DNA of 37,987 nucleotides from Myxococcota bacterium (GTDB lineage Bacteria > Myxococcota_C > UBA6777), in assembly GCA_023150835.1 (NCBI GenBank), contig JAKLKB010000077.1, forward strand, positions 1 to 37,987, in the 5' to 3' direction. The notes below the pieces were generated by a model. It was not told the origin of the DNA and searched no databases. It saw nothing but the letters and a program-made list of their open reading frames with translations. Each line of letters opens with the position of its first letter. Position 1 is the first letter of the stretch. Position numbers and translations under genes: made by a program. Of this stretch, positions 8,627 to 17,744 are shown piece after piece.

Positions 8627-9730
8627 TCACTCCTCCCCACCAAACAACCGAACCTCCGGCCTTTTTTGATCCGCACCAAGGCGCTGCACATCCTCCGCCA
8701 AAGGCTGCCCACGCGAGACAATGTACACATACTCTTTGTTCCTCAAGTGGCTGATCTTTCCAACTTTTTCACCCTTTAGGTTGTGGATGCCGATCTGCGC
8801 CCCCACATAACGCTTAAAATCATTTTCGAGAGTCGTGATTTTTCCTTGCCCTTCCCAAAGACCCGAAAGCATCGCCTCCATCTCTTCGCGCAGGATGTAT
8901 CCCTCGTTGTTAAAGGAGACCACGATCACAGGCGCACGCACAGCTTCCAACAACTGCCGTAATGCTCCCGCAAATCGCGGGCGGGAATTAAAGATGCTTT
9001 GCCGTTGTCGAACATCCACTCGCTTGCATGCAATGCCGTAAACTTCGGGCTTATCCCATCGAACCAAAGACTCCCAGATGTGATAATTTCCGAGATATGA
9101 ATGCTGGTTATAGGGCGGATCAAGGTAAGCCACATCCGCTTCCCATCTTTGCACCGCTTCCAACGCATCAAGGCACGTCACCTGCCCTTTTCCATGCGCT
9201 GCACGTGGCAACACCTCAGGGATCCGAAGCTCCAAATCCTTGTAAGAGCGCGCTGCCCACGTTTTTAGATAGGCCATCTGTAGCCCTGTCGTCGAATCCA
9301 CCCGATCTGCCGCCTCCATCAACGAAACCAACATCACAGCTTCCAGATCAGGCCCCAAGCCTTTCGCAACCATCGCTTCGCGGATCGCGTCGATCCGTTC
9401 CCCGTTTTTGGGTTGAAAAAAGCGTGAACGCACACAAAAAGTCTCTGTAAAATACCCTGCTTGCCCTTTGAGATCGTTGAATTCACGCACCAGCTTCTTC
9501 GCATCGTCGAGGATATCTTCGGCGTCTGCTTGCACATAACAACGTGCCAGCGTGGCTGCATACGCATTGCAATCGTTCGAAAAGACTTGATACCCCGCAG
9601 CTTTCAACGCATGTCCGACTCGCGCTGTCCCAGAGAAAAGATCGATCACTGTCTTTGCCTGTGTAGCCTGCTTGACAGCTTCCATGATCACAGGGATCAA
9701 CGTTCTCTTTGAACCGATGTATTTGATCAC
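8627..9730 (-). CDS. N6-adenine DNA methyltransferase (D12 class, Dam/FokI-like), apparently orphan
   Basis: IKYIGSK, motif I DLFSGTARVG, motif IV YLDPPYN; probable GTG start at 9730. Confidence 0.9.
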   Translation of the reverse strand: MIKYIGSKRTLIPVIMEAVKQATQAKTVIDLFSGTARVGHALKAAGYQVFSNDCNAYAATLARCYVQADAEDILDDAKKLVREFNDLKGQAGYFTETFCVRSRFFQPKNGERIDAIREAMVAKGLGPDLEAVMLVSLMEAADRVDSTTGLQMAYLKTWAARSYKDLELRIPEVLPRAAHGKGQVTCLDALEAVQRWEADVAYLDPPYNQHSYLGNYHIWESLVRWDKPEVYGIACKRVDVRQRQSIFNSRPRFAGALRQLLEAVRAPVIVVSFNNEGYILREEMEAMLSGLWEGQGKITTLENDFKRYVGAQIGIHNLKGEKVGKISHLRNKEYVYIVSRGQPLAEDVQRLGADQKRPEVRLFGGEE

Positions 9731-9834
9731 AAACGACACCCCGACCTTGCATTCGCGTCTTGCGCGCCCGACCATCCCGATAGATCGGTATTTCAAGATA
9801 AATCCACCCGAACGACGGGACACTTGTCGATTCT

Positions 9835-11115
9835 TCATCCCATCCAACCGAGTTCCAATCGGACGAGTTCTCCTTCCGAAGGGGCCACCAACACCAAGCC
9901 TTTTGATGCGTGCATCGGGTCGTAGATCTCAGGCAGGCGATACGCACCTGCCTCCACGATCTCCGTTGAAAGCATCGGAAACATCCGTCCATCGGTCTTT
10001 TTCACTTCGCGCTGTGAAGGGATCCACCACGTATAACTCCACCCTTCGGGAAGATGCGCACCGATCTCCAGCGTCAACCGCCCGAAGGTATAACGTGCGT
10101 TGATCTCGACCAGCGCCCGTTCGATCGCCAGATCCCCCAAAGATCCCGTCATGGCGTCGAAACTAACAGGCCCACAATATCCCTCCGCAGCGACGGCGTG
10201 GATCGTGCGCCACGCATCCGAAAGCGCCGAAGCTGGCGGTTCCCATCCATACACACGCCGATTTCCCCGATGCTGGCCGCTTTGTGCAGTCAACAGCAAA
10301 CAGGTACCAAGAAAACGGCCCGTTCCATCCGCTGCGATCTCGAAATGCAACGAATACTCTCGCGTCTTCTCGATCCAAGGCTCAAAAACCAACGGAGTTC
10401 CCGCCACCAACAAACGCGATGCCCAGATCCGCGCATTCTCTTTGAGTTCATGGGCTTTTCCAAGCACACGCTCGCGCCCACTCACCCCAAACGGATGCTT
10501 GAGTACCCACTCAAACGAACACGCACGAACAGCCGCCTCCATCGCTTCGATGGTTCGGATGATCTGGCTTTGCGGCAAGGCGATCCCCAAACGTTCTGCG
10601 ATCTGTTGCGAAAAGCACTTCCCATTCACGGTCGTCACCACACCGATATCGGGCTTCTTCTCGCGCTCCAAACTCTCCGAAAACATCGACTCTAGCCGCA
10701 AAACACGGGGCGTCCTTCCCCACGCCAAGAACTGATCGCCTTCTTGCGCAACAGACAACGCATCGCGCCCATGCTCGGGGCAAGGCCGATGCAGCCCTTC
10801 AAAAAAGCCGCCTTCGTGCAAGTCCAAGCGGCGCAGCGGTGGGTTTGAAAACCTCTCATCACCCCGCCCATACGGGGTCAAGGGGGCCGCGACCCCTTGC
10901 GGGGTGTGGGGCCGCGCCCCACAAACACAATCCACCGTGTCCTTCTCCAAAACATCCAGCGGAAGCACTCTTGCCTCCGAACATCCCGGCAATAACCGCA
11001 AGGCGCTGCCCCACCGTGTCGCAAAGTCGACAAAAAACTGCGAGGGCTGATAGCCGGTAGAACGAGCCAGTTCGTACTCAAAATCGAAGTTGGGGTAGAT
11101 CCAGCGTATCGTCAT
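9835..11115 (-). CDS. ATP-grasp-like protein carrying an in-frame R1 repeat
   Basis: WVLKHPFGVSGR, VFEPWIEK..EYS, GPVSFDAM and LVEINARYT match the ATP-grasp pattern; ATGA overlap with the upstream DUF455 gene. Confidence 0.78.
   Translation of the reverse strand: MTIRWIYPNFDFEYELARSTGYQPSQFFVDFATRWGSALRLLPGCSEARVLPLDVLEKDTVDCVCGARPHTPQGVAAPLTPYGRGDERFSNPPLRRLDLHEGGFFEGLHRPCPEHGRDALSVAQEGDQFLAWGRTPRVLRLESMFSESLEREKKPDIGVVTTVNGKCFSQQIAERLGIALPQSQIIRTIEAMEAAVRACSFEWVLKHPFGVSGRERVLGKAHELKENARIWASRLLVAGTPLVFEPWIEKTREYSLHFEIAADGTGRFLGTCLLLTAQSGQHRGNRRVYGWEPPASALSDAWRTIHAVAAEGYCGPVSFDAMTGSLGDLAIERALVEINARYTFGRLTLEIGAHLPEGWSYTWWIPSQREVKKTDGRMFPMLSTEIVEAGAYRLPEIYDPMHASKGLVLVAPSEGELVRLELGWMG
10788..10933 (+). 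repeat. Repeat family R1, copy A (inside the ATP-grasp CDS)
   Basis: GATGCAG...AAAAAAGCCG...GTCCAAGCG...GGTTTGAAA...TACGGGGTCAAGGGGGCCGCGACCCCTTGCGGGGTGTGGGGCCGCGCCCCACAAACAC. Confidence 0.88.
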
Positions 11116-12041
11116 GGCTTGGATGACAGCAGATCGAGTTTGATGCGTGGAAGCGGCGGAGCATCGGGCGGCCGCGCAGGTTTTTGAGATGGAGCAGTCG
11201 GCTGTTCCACCAAATCTGGAGCGGGCTGACGATCGATCTCCGCCATCCGCCGAATAAATTCATCATCCAAACCCGCCATCCGACGGCCCTCTTCGTTGAA
11301 CTCGAAACCCCGCGCCCGTGTGGGTGTGCAATATGCCGGCAGATGCGACAGAAAATGCTCGAAAGCGCTGCTGCCTTTGGGGGTATAGTGGCGCAACCAA
11401 TGACCGCCAAACCGCACGTGCATCAACTCGTCCGCAAAGATCCGCTGCATCAAAGAGGCCGCTTCGTGATCGTCAAAGCCCCGAAATATCCGCTCATAAT
11501 ACGGTGCATGATCAAGATTCGCTTGTTCGAGCGTCAGGTGCATCGCACACACCCACGTCAACGGATCTTTGATCTGCGGGGCGATCCGCCAGAAATGATC
11601 ATTCAACGGAAAGTCCCCAAACTCCGCGCCCATCGCACGCACACGCTCGACATACAGGCGCGTATGTTCTTGTTCATCCAAGATGATCCGCACCAGCCCC
11701 ATCCGAAAACCTCGCGGTGCCGTCGGAAACGCCAACAGCGCCCACGCCATCATCTCCAACGCCATCAGTTCATGGTTGCCGAACGCATGCAGCGTGCGCA
11801 CCCGCATCTCTGGGTCGCGCAAAGATTCGATGTGTGGAAGGCGTTTGCGCTGGCGTTTGCTCGCGATCTCCAGATGCGGAGGCCGTGAAGGACATTGCCA
11901 CTCGACCGCATCCCCCGGCTGTTCATCCGATAGCGTCGGGATCCCATGCGGCACGCGCATCAACGCAGCCGCTGGATTTTCCAGCTTGCCCTCCAACGTA
12001 TCCGCATAAAAGATCTGCTCCGCAAATGCCCGAATCTCCAT
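11112..12041 (-). CDS. DUF455-family ferritin-like (di-iron) protein
   Basis: LHAFGNHELMALE, DEQEH, EQANLDH and DELMHV give the paired ExxH ligand pattern. Start is 12041 (MEIRAFAE) or 12065. Confidence 0.85.
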   Translation of the reverse strand: MEIRAFAEQIFYADTLEGKLENPAAALMRVPHGIPTLSDEQPGDAVEWQCPSRPPHLEIASKRQRKRLPHIESLRDPEMRVRTLHAFGNHELMALEMMAWALLAFPTAPRGFRMGLVRIILDEQEHTRLYVERVRAMGAEFGDFPLNDHFWRIAPQIKDPLTWVCAMHLTLEQANLDHAPYYERIFRGFDDHEAASLMQRIFADELMHVRFGGHWLRHYTPKGSSAFEHFLSHLPAYCTPTRARGFEFNEEGRRMAGLDDEFIRRMAEIDRQPAPDLVEQPTAPSQKPARPPDAPPLPRIKLDLLSSKP

Positions 12042-12197
12042 ACCTTTCTCCTTCTCGTTCGACATTGTTCGGTGCGGTTCGAGTCGGATCGCTATAGCCG
12101 ATCCCATCGAAAGAAGATAGAGCGTTGAACATCCCCAAACATGGGGTTTTGTCCACAAGCCACCCCCATCCGCAAAGAGGCTCGTTTTTAAGAGAAG

Positions 12198-12345
12198 CGA
12201 TGCAGTTGACAAAGCCCCCCCGTGTTCGCGGTATTTCAAGCGACAAAGCGGTCGGTGTAAAGCAACGATGATCTCTTCGCCAATACGGGGTCAAGGGGCG
12301 CAAGTCCCTTGTGGGGCGTGGGGTAAAACCCCACAAACACCATCC
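12198..12345 (+). repeat. Repeat family R1, copy B (intergenic)
   Basis: CGATGCAGTTGACAAAG...CCGTGTTCGCG...TCAAGCG...TGATCTCTTCGCCAATACGGGGTCAAGGGGCGCAAGTCCCTTGTGGGGCGTGGGGTAAAACCCCACAAACAC. Confidence 0.88.
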
Positions 12346-12405
12346 CACCGCGTGACACCTACCTACAGCCCACATTTGCTCTGCTTTGTGGCGGTGAGGT
12401 TCGCG

Positions 12406-12434
12406 TTGACAGCGCACTAAAGCTTGTGTACCTT
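12406..12434 (+). promoter_or_regulatory. Putative sigma70 promoter for the acyltransferase-SDR operon
   Basis: TTGACA (12406-12411), 17-nt spacer ending TGTG (extended -10), then TACCTT (12429-12434), about 90 nt upstream of the start codon. Confidence 0.55.
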
Positions 12435-12522
12435 TGCGCCCGAGTTGACCGATGTTTGCATGTTAGAGCGGGCTGCAAACGACAGATGGCGAATGTGTAC
12501 GCGAAACGCAGAGGAGAGGGCG

Positions 12523-13380
12523 GTGTCATTTTTGATTTATGATGACGTGGCAGAGCGTGTCGAACGTCTGGATATCCCATTTAATCTCTATGGTTATGAC
12601 TCTTTTGGAGTCTCGAAGCAGTATCTCAAATACTTCTACAGCATGTTGACCTTTTTTTACCGACATTATCTGACTGTCACAGTCGAAGGCATCGAAAATG
12701 TTCCCGACCAAGGGCGTTGCATGGTGGTGGGCAACCACTCGGGTGGGATCGCTCTTGACGGCGGAATGGTCGTCAATTCGATGCTTCTTGAACGCGAACA
12801 ACCGCGCCTTGTTCACGGAATGGCCGACAAATTCCTCAACAGCATCCCTTTCACTTCGGTTTGGCTCAACCGTGTCGGCCAACTGACCGGCCTTCCCGAA
12901 CATGCTTTGCAACTTCTCGAAGCGGATCGTGTCCTGATGGTCTTCCCCGAAGGCGCACGAGGAACCGCCAAACTTTACAAAGAACAATTCTCTCTGGTTC
13001 GTTTTGGAACAGGCTTTGTGCGCCTCGCGCTCCAAACCCGCTCCCCCATCGTTCCCTTCGCGTTTATTGGCGGAGGTGACGCGATCCCAACCATCCGAAA
13101 CTTCAAGGCCCTTGGGCATCTGCTCGGGGTTCCATACGTGCCGATCACCCCATACATTCTGCCACTTCCGCGCCCTGCCGTTCACTGCCATATCGTCTAT
13201 GACAAGCCAATGATCTTTGAAGGAACAGGCTCCGAAGAGGACGATATTATCGAGGGATACGTTGAACAAGTCAAAAGCAAGATCGCAGACCTGATCGAAC
13301 GAGGCCGCAAAACTCGCGATACCACCGTCGCGATCCGCATGGGCCGAAAGATCGAAACCGACGAAGAGGGGCGCGCATGA
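12523..13380 (+). CDS. Lysophospholipid acyltransferase family protein (PlsC-like)
   Basis: NHSGGIALD (HX6D variant), VFPEG, GFVRLAL, PIVP; GAGGAG RBS before GTG 12523. Confidence 0.9.
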   Translation: MSFLIYDDVAERVERLDIPFNLYGYDSFGVSKQYLKYFYSMLTFFYRHYLTVTVEGIENVPDQGRCMVVGNHSGGIALDGGMVVNSMLLEREQPRLVHGMADKFLNSIPFTSVWLNRVGQLTGLPEHALQLLEADRVLMVFPEGARGTAKLYKEQFSLVRFGTGFVRLALQTRSPIVPFAFIGGGDAIPTIRNFKALGHLLGVPYVPITPYILPLPRPAVHCHIVYDKPMIFEGTGSEEDDIIEGYVEQVKSKIADLIERGRKTRDTTVAIRMGRKIETDEEGRA

Positions 13381-14288
13381 AGATCCTCATCACCGGAATG
13401 TCCGGCCAATTGGGCCGAAAAGTCGCGGAATTTATGCACCACCAAGGCCACCAAGTCATCGGCGTGGATCGCCGACCTTGGCCCGATCCGCCACGTGGTG
13501 TCGAGATGTATAACGTGGACATCCGCAAACGCCCCGCTGAAGACGTCTTCCGCACACGACGCCCTGATGCGGTCATCCACATGGCAACCGTCACACACTT
13601 TACAACCGCTGCCGATGAACGCTTTCGGATCAATCTTTGGGGAACCAAGGCCGTCTTCGATTACTGCCATCAATACGGCGTCAAACAAGTCCTGTTTGTT
13701 GGGCGCCACACCTGCTACGGTGCCGCTCCCGACACTCCCCTATACCAAAACGAAGATGAACCACCCGCCGGGATCGCGACGTTCCCCGCGCTTGCAGACC
13801 TCGTCTCGGCGGATCTTTACGCAGCATCCGCCATCTGGCGTTATCCTGATATCAAAACCGCCGTCTTGCGCCTCTGCTACACCCTTGGCCCTTCGATGCG
13901 GGGAACCCTCTCGAACTATCTTCATGGCCCCCGTGTCCCCACCGTCTTGGGCTTTGATCCGCTCTTCCAATTCATGCACGAACAAGACGCTGTCTTTGCC
14001 ATCGGACTTGCACTCCTTAGCCAACTACGCGGCGTCTTCAACGTCGCAGGCCCCGAACCCCTCCCTCTCTCTGTCTTGATCCGTGCAACGGGCCGCACCA
14101 ACGTCCCTCTTCCCGAACCTCTCTTCCCCTTTGCGATGGGCCGCTTTGGCTTCCCCAAACTTCCCCTCGGTGCCGAAGAACACATTAAATATCCCATCGT
14201 CGTCGACGACCGCGTCTTTCGCAAAGCCACGGGCTACGAAGAAGCCTACAGCGCCGACCAAACCACACAAGCCTTCCGCTACTCCTAA
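13377..14288 (+). CDS. NAD-dependent epimerase/dehydratase (extended SDR)
   Basis: [11 protein letters not shown] Rossmann motif, [22 protein letters not shown] overlap with the acyltransferase. Confidence 0.88.
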   Translation: MKILITGMSGQLGRKVAEFMHHQGHQVIGVDRRPWPDPPRGVEMYNVDIRKRPAEDVFRTRRPDAVIHMATVTHFTTAADERFRINLWGTKAVFDYCHQYGVKQVLFVGRHTCYGAAPDTPLYQNEDEPPAGIATFPALADLVSADLYAASAIWRYPDIKTAVLRLCYTLGPSMRGTLSNYLHGPRVPTVLGFDPLFQFMHEQDAVFAIGLALLSQLRGVFNVAGPEPLPLSVLIRATGRTNVPLPEPLFPFAMGRFGFPKLPLGAEEHIKYPIVVDDRVFRKATGYEEAYSADQTTQAFRYS

Positions 14289-14343
14289 CCGACCGCTCAC
14301 CGCCGCTCAAGCTCTCTGTATTTTGGTTGGGTTCCCATCAGCC

Positions 14344-16119
14344 CTATAAAGGAAACAACGGCCCCCCCTGCAAGATCGTATGCCCTCCGATCGCCGGTGG
14401 TTTCCACCGAAGCAACGCTGTTTTGCCACCCGTCAAAAACACCAAGCGCGGATCTTCCAAAGGGACGCGGAACCGAAAACGCGCTTCTGAAGGCCGACCA
14501 TCCGACAACAACGACACCACTTCGACATCCATCAAATTGATCCGCACTTTTTCCCCTACGCGCATCGGTCGATCCGTTCCGCGAAACAACGCGTCAAACA
14601 CCTGCACAAAGCCACCATCAGGCCGCAATCTCAGCGTGTAGGCGTCTTCGCGCAGCACCCGCACAGGCCGCAACCCCGGCCCCAAGATATGCAACGAGCG
14701 GTAGGTTGGCGGATACAAAAAAGCCCGATACAACTGCACATTCAAATCCAGTAGCGAGGCGCTGCTGTTCAACAAAACGTACACCCGATCGTTGTCATTT
14801 CCTTCCATCGGAAAAGAGCGGGCCTTTTCTTCAATCGCTCTCCCCAACAGCGTTGTCATCTGCGTGCGCAACGGCACAGACAACGGCGAGATCACAAGGT
14901 GCAACGCCGCCAAGATCCCCACACTCGCTCCCCAAAATCTCGATAAATCCGCCCCCTTCGCAGGCTCCCACCTCCTCTGAAACAACAGCGCCAACAACCC
15001 CATCCCACCGATCGCCACAAAAAACAACGAACGATCATCTGGAAACACCGCACAGACCGGCAAGATCGAAAGAAACATCCCCAGCCCCAAACATCGCACC
15101 ACCTTCGACGACCGCAGCGGCCACAACATCCAACACACCCACACAGACACCAACACACCCATCCCCCAAACCAATCCTTGTTGCCCCCGAGACAACAGCA
15201 CGTACGCCGACGAAGGAACCACCGCCCACAACGACATCCACAAGATCGGCAGTCGCTCCACCACCGCAAAAACAAACGCAACAGGCGAAAGCAGCGGATC
15301 CACATACATGGTCGTGCCCACCACCCCATAGCCCAACGCCCGATACACCACGCGCCAACCAATCACCACCACCGCATACGGCCACAAAGCCAATCCGCCA
15401 CGAAACCACCCGCCACGATCCAAAAAACAAGCATACGCAAAGAGATACGCTCCTGTTGCGATCCCTGCCTCCGCGCTCAACACCGACAGCGAAACTCCTA
15501 TCCCTCCGACCACTGCACCCCATCTCCATCCCTCCGCACGCCATCGATCATGCCCCCACAACGCGATCACGCCCCAGAAAACCGCCATCAACCCGTTCCG
15601 ATTGGCGATCCATGTCACCGGCATCGCAAATCCCCCATACGTCGCAAAGCAAAAAGCCGCTGCACCCGCCACCCAGCCCTCCCCCAACCAACGCCGATAC
15701 AACCGCAACAACACCCACACCAACAACGCAAACCACAGCACATTATGCAAGTGCATCCACACCGCACCATCCGGCCACAAACGATAATCGATCGCATGCG
15801 ACAACGCCGCCAACGGACGCCAAAAGGACAAGCGCAACCCAGACGTCGACCACCAAGGCGCATAGCCTTTTTCCATATACGTCCGCAAATGCCCTTCATC
15901 CCGAACGAATGCAAACATCTCCATCACGGGACGTTGCGAAGGTGGCCCCAGATCCGAATGCCCCAAAAAGCACCACCGATGCGAATAATCATCCAAAAAA
16001 TAACCCTGAAACAGGCTCGGCGACATCAAGACGCACACCAACACCACCAAGCCGCCCCCCACAAAACGCCCGCCACACCAACGCAAAAACTTTCCGCGCA
16101 CCCACATCGGCCACCTCAA
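14344..16119 (-). CDS. Polytopic membrane protein, GT-C glycosyltransferase-like
   Basis: LDDY after the first TM segment, FWRPL, HLHNVLW, WIANRN, SAEAG; about 11-12 hydrophobic segments followed by a soluble C-terminal domain. Confidence 0.7.
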   Translation of the reverse strand: MRWPMWVRGKFLRWCGGRFVGGGLVVLVCVLMSPSLFQGYFLDDYSHRWCFLGHSDLGPPSQRPVMEMFAFVRDEGHLRTYMEKGYAPWWSTSGLRLSFWRPLAALSHAIDYRLWPDGAVWMHLHNVLWFALLVWVLLRLYRRWLGEGWVAGAAAFCFATYGGFAMPVTWIANRNGLMAVFWGVIALWGHDRWRAEGWRWGAVVGGIGVSLSVLSAEAGIATGAYLFAYACFLDRGGWFRGGLALWPYAVVVIGWRVVYRALGYGVVGTTMYVDPLLSPVAFVFAVVERLPILWMSLWAVVPSSAYVLLSRGQQGLVWGMGVLVSVWVCWMLWPLRSSKVVRCLGLGMFLSILPVCAVFPDDRSLFFVAIGGMGLLALLFQRRWEPAKGADLSRFWGASVGILAALHLVISPLSVPLRTQMTTLLGRAIEEKARSFPMEGNDNDRVYVLLNSSASLLDLNVQLYRAFLYPPTYRSLHILGPGLRPVRVLREDAYTLRLRPDGGFVQVFDALFRGTDRPMRVGEKVRINLMDVEVVSLLSDGRPSEARFRFRVPLEDPRLVFLTGGKTALLRWKPPAIGGHTILQGGPLFPL

Positions 16120-16164
16120 CCGTCCACTCCCCCATCCTTACGCATCCATCGACGTATCCGCAGA

Positions 16165-17520
16165 TCAATACGGGTTTGCCCCGTGTGTGTCGTTGGGGCG
16201 ACGTGCGAGGATGTACGTAAACGAGCCTTGGCCGCCTGTATTGGCATCACGCAGCGCACGCTGGAACCGCGCATAATCCGCAGGCGGCATGGTTTGACAA
16301 CCGATGCTCGACGGGCTGTTGCTGTTCCCCGCGTGGATCTGGATCGCCGAAGCGCTGTAGCGTCGGTCGGCTTCGCCGCCATCGATCACGCCGTCCCCGT
16401 TGGTGTCGCGGGCGCTATTGCGGAACTGCCCATCATCCACAGGATTATAGCGGTTTCCGCCTTTTCCACCTGTGCGAGTGTTATAATCATACACACCGGG
16501 TCGGATGTGGGCGACATCGCCGCGACCATCGCCGTTGACATCGGGGCTTGCGGAACTGCGGAACTGTCCGGGGTGTGAAGCAGAACGCATCGGATCGCCA
16601 GACACTTCGACCAGTCGGCCATTTTCTGCACGAAATACCGATGTTTCGCCCGAATAGCTGCGTGCAAAATTGTTTCGTGCGGTCTGTGAAGCGCTTGCAG
16701 AAGGAGCGTCTTGATCGATCTGGATCGCGTAGGCGCGGCCATTTTGGGGGGGCCACTGACCATTTGCTCGCAACAAAGCTTCGGCCTGTTGGGTGCGTTG
16801 GGCGCTGGTGTCGCCCCATCCAGAACTCACTCGGCCATTGCCCGTCACAAAGCCGCTTGCATCGGGCGCTGGTGTATTGGGGGCCGGCGCAGGAACGTTG
16901 GGAGCGGGTGTATTGGGGGCGGGTGCAGGGGACTGTCCACCGTTGGCGCGTTGCAGGGCTTCGAAGGTGCGCGGTCCCACGACACCATCGGCATCCAAAC
17001 CGTGTTGGCGTTGAAAGCTACGCACAGCCTCTTGGGTGCGAGGGCCAAAGTCGCCGTCCACGCCAAGGGATGGTCGTGCGCCGGCTTGATTGAGTGCTTG
17101 TTGCAGATCCCGCACAGCGGGGCCTTCCGCACCACGGCGCAAGTTGTTTCCACCTTGGATGCTTTGGGCCAACGCGGAGCTTGGGCGTGTATCGCCGACA
17201 AAGTCAGGAGGCGTCGCACCTGTCGAAGGTTCGGGCATATTGGCGGTGCGTGTGCGAGCGCTTTGAGCAGCCGCAGCCGTCGAGCTTTGCGGGCTTTGCC
17301 CGGACGCGATATCGCGTTGGATGCCTTGGCGGGGGGGTTCTGTGGGTGCGTTTGTGGTGGGGCGCACAGCGTTTGCGAAAGGATCGCGGGCAGGCGTCAC
17401 TTGCGGGGCAGCTTGCGGAGCAGCAGTCGGTGCGTTGCGTTCGATACGTGCGGCACCTGAAGCTGCGCTTGGAGAAGAAACACTGGGTGGATTGGGACGC
17501 GAAGTGTTGTCGGTTTTCAT
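16165..17520 (-). CDS. Peptidoglycan-binding-domain protein with a C-terminal YkuD/L,D-transpeptidase-like motif
   Basis: PG_binding_1 pattern LRRGAEGPAVRDLQQAL...VDGDFGPRTQEAVRSFQRQHGLDADGVVGPRT, a Pro-Ala linker, and IHAGNSNSPSSIGCQT; GGGGAG RBS. Confidence 0.82.
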   Translation of the reverse strand: MKTDNTSRPNPPSVSSPSAASGAARIERNAPTAAPQAAPQVTPARDPFANAVRPTTNAPTEPPRQGIQRDIASGQSPQSSTAAAAQSARTRTANMPEPSTGATPPDFVGDTRPSSALAQSIQGGNNLRRGAEGPAVRDLQQALNQAGARPSLGVDGDFGPRTQEAVRSFQRQHGLDADGVVGPRTFEALQRANGGQSPAPAPNTPAPNVPAPAPNTPAPDASGFVTGNGRVSSGWGDTSAQRTQQAEALLRANGQWPPQNGRAYAIQIDQDAPSASASQTARNNFARSYSGETSVFRAENGRLVEVSGDPMRSASHPGQFRSSASPDVNGDGRGDVAHIRPGVYDYNTRTGGKGGNRYNPVDDGQFRNSARDTNGDGVIDGGEADRRYSASAIQIHAGNSNSPSSIGCQTMPPADYARFQRALRDANTGGQGSFTYILARRPNDTHGANPY

Positions 17521-17744
17521 TAGAAAAAAACTCCCCGAAGTAGAGACGGCACGCCGAAAGGTTCAACCCGCAAAGCGTACAACCATTGCACGCGTTGGCT
17601 CTCCTTTAGCTTCGGAGACACAAAAGCAAAGTTTCTTGTTTCTTTTCAAACCTTTCTCAAGTCTTGAGATTCTTTCACGGAAAAAAACCACGCTGAAACA
17701 TGTTCTATATTTTCGCCCTGCCTGCCCTGTGGTGGTACTGCGCC

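Noticed and set aside
8627-9730. Complete restriction-modification system
   Set aside because: No adjacent endonuclease-like ORF; the neighbours are hemerythrin and an ATP-grasp-like gene.
10701-10726. ACACGGGGCGTCCTTCCCCACGCC as the left inverted partner of R1 copy A
   Set aside because: Position and sequence are suggestive, but it encodes AWGRTP, which may be native protein sequence; this cannot be separated from coincidence without ortholog alignment.
11923-12417. 164-aa minus-strand ORF, and extension of DUF455 to 12239
   Set aside because: Both run through R1 copy B; the open frame is a property of the repeat, and a better start exists at 12041/12065.
14706-16578. Long + strand ORFs (504 aa and 466 aa) antisense to the membrane protein, and similar shadow ORFs elsewhere
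   Set aside because: Pro/Thr/His/Gln-rich translations are explained by the extreme C/A skew suppressing stop codons; no motifs.
17540-17590. Shared ECF or sigma54 promoter for the two effector-like genes (GAACCTTT here, GAAACTTT near 26640)
   Set aside because: No common -10 element at consistent spacing, and the GG/GC spacing is 11 rather than the 10 required for sigma54.
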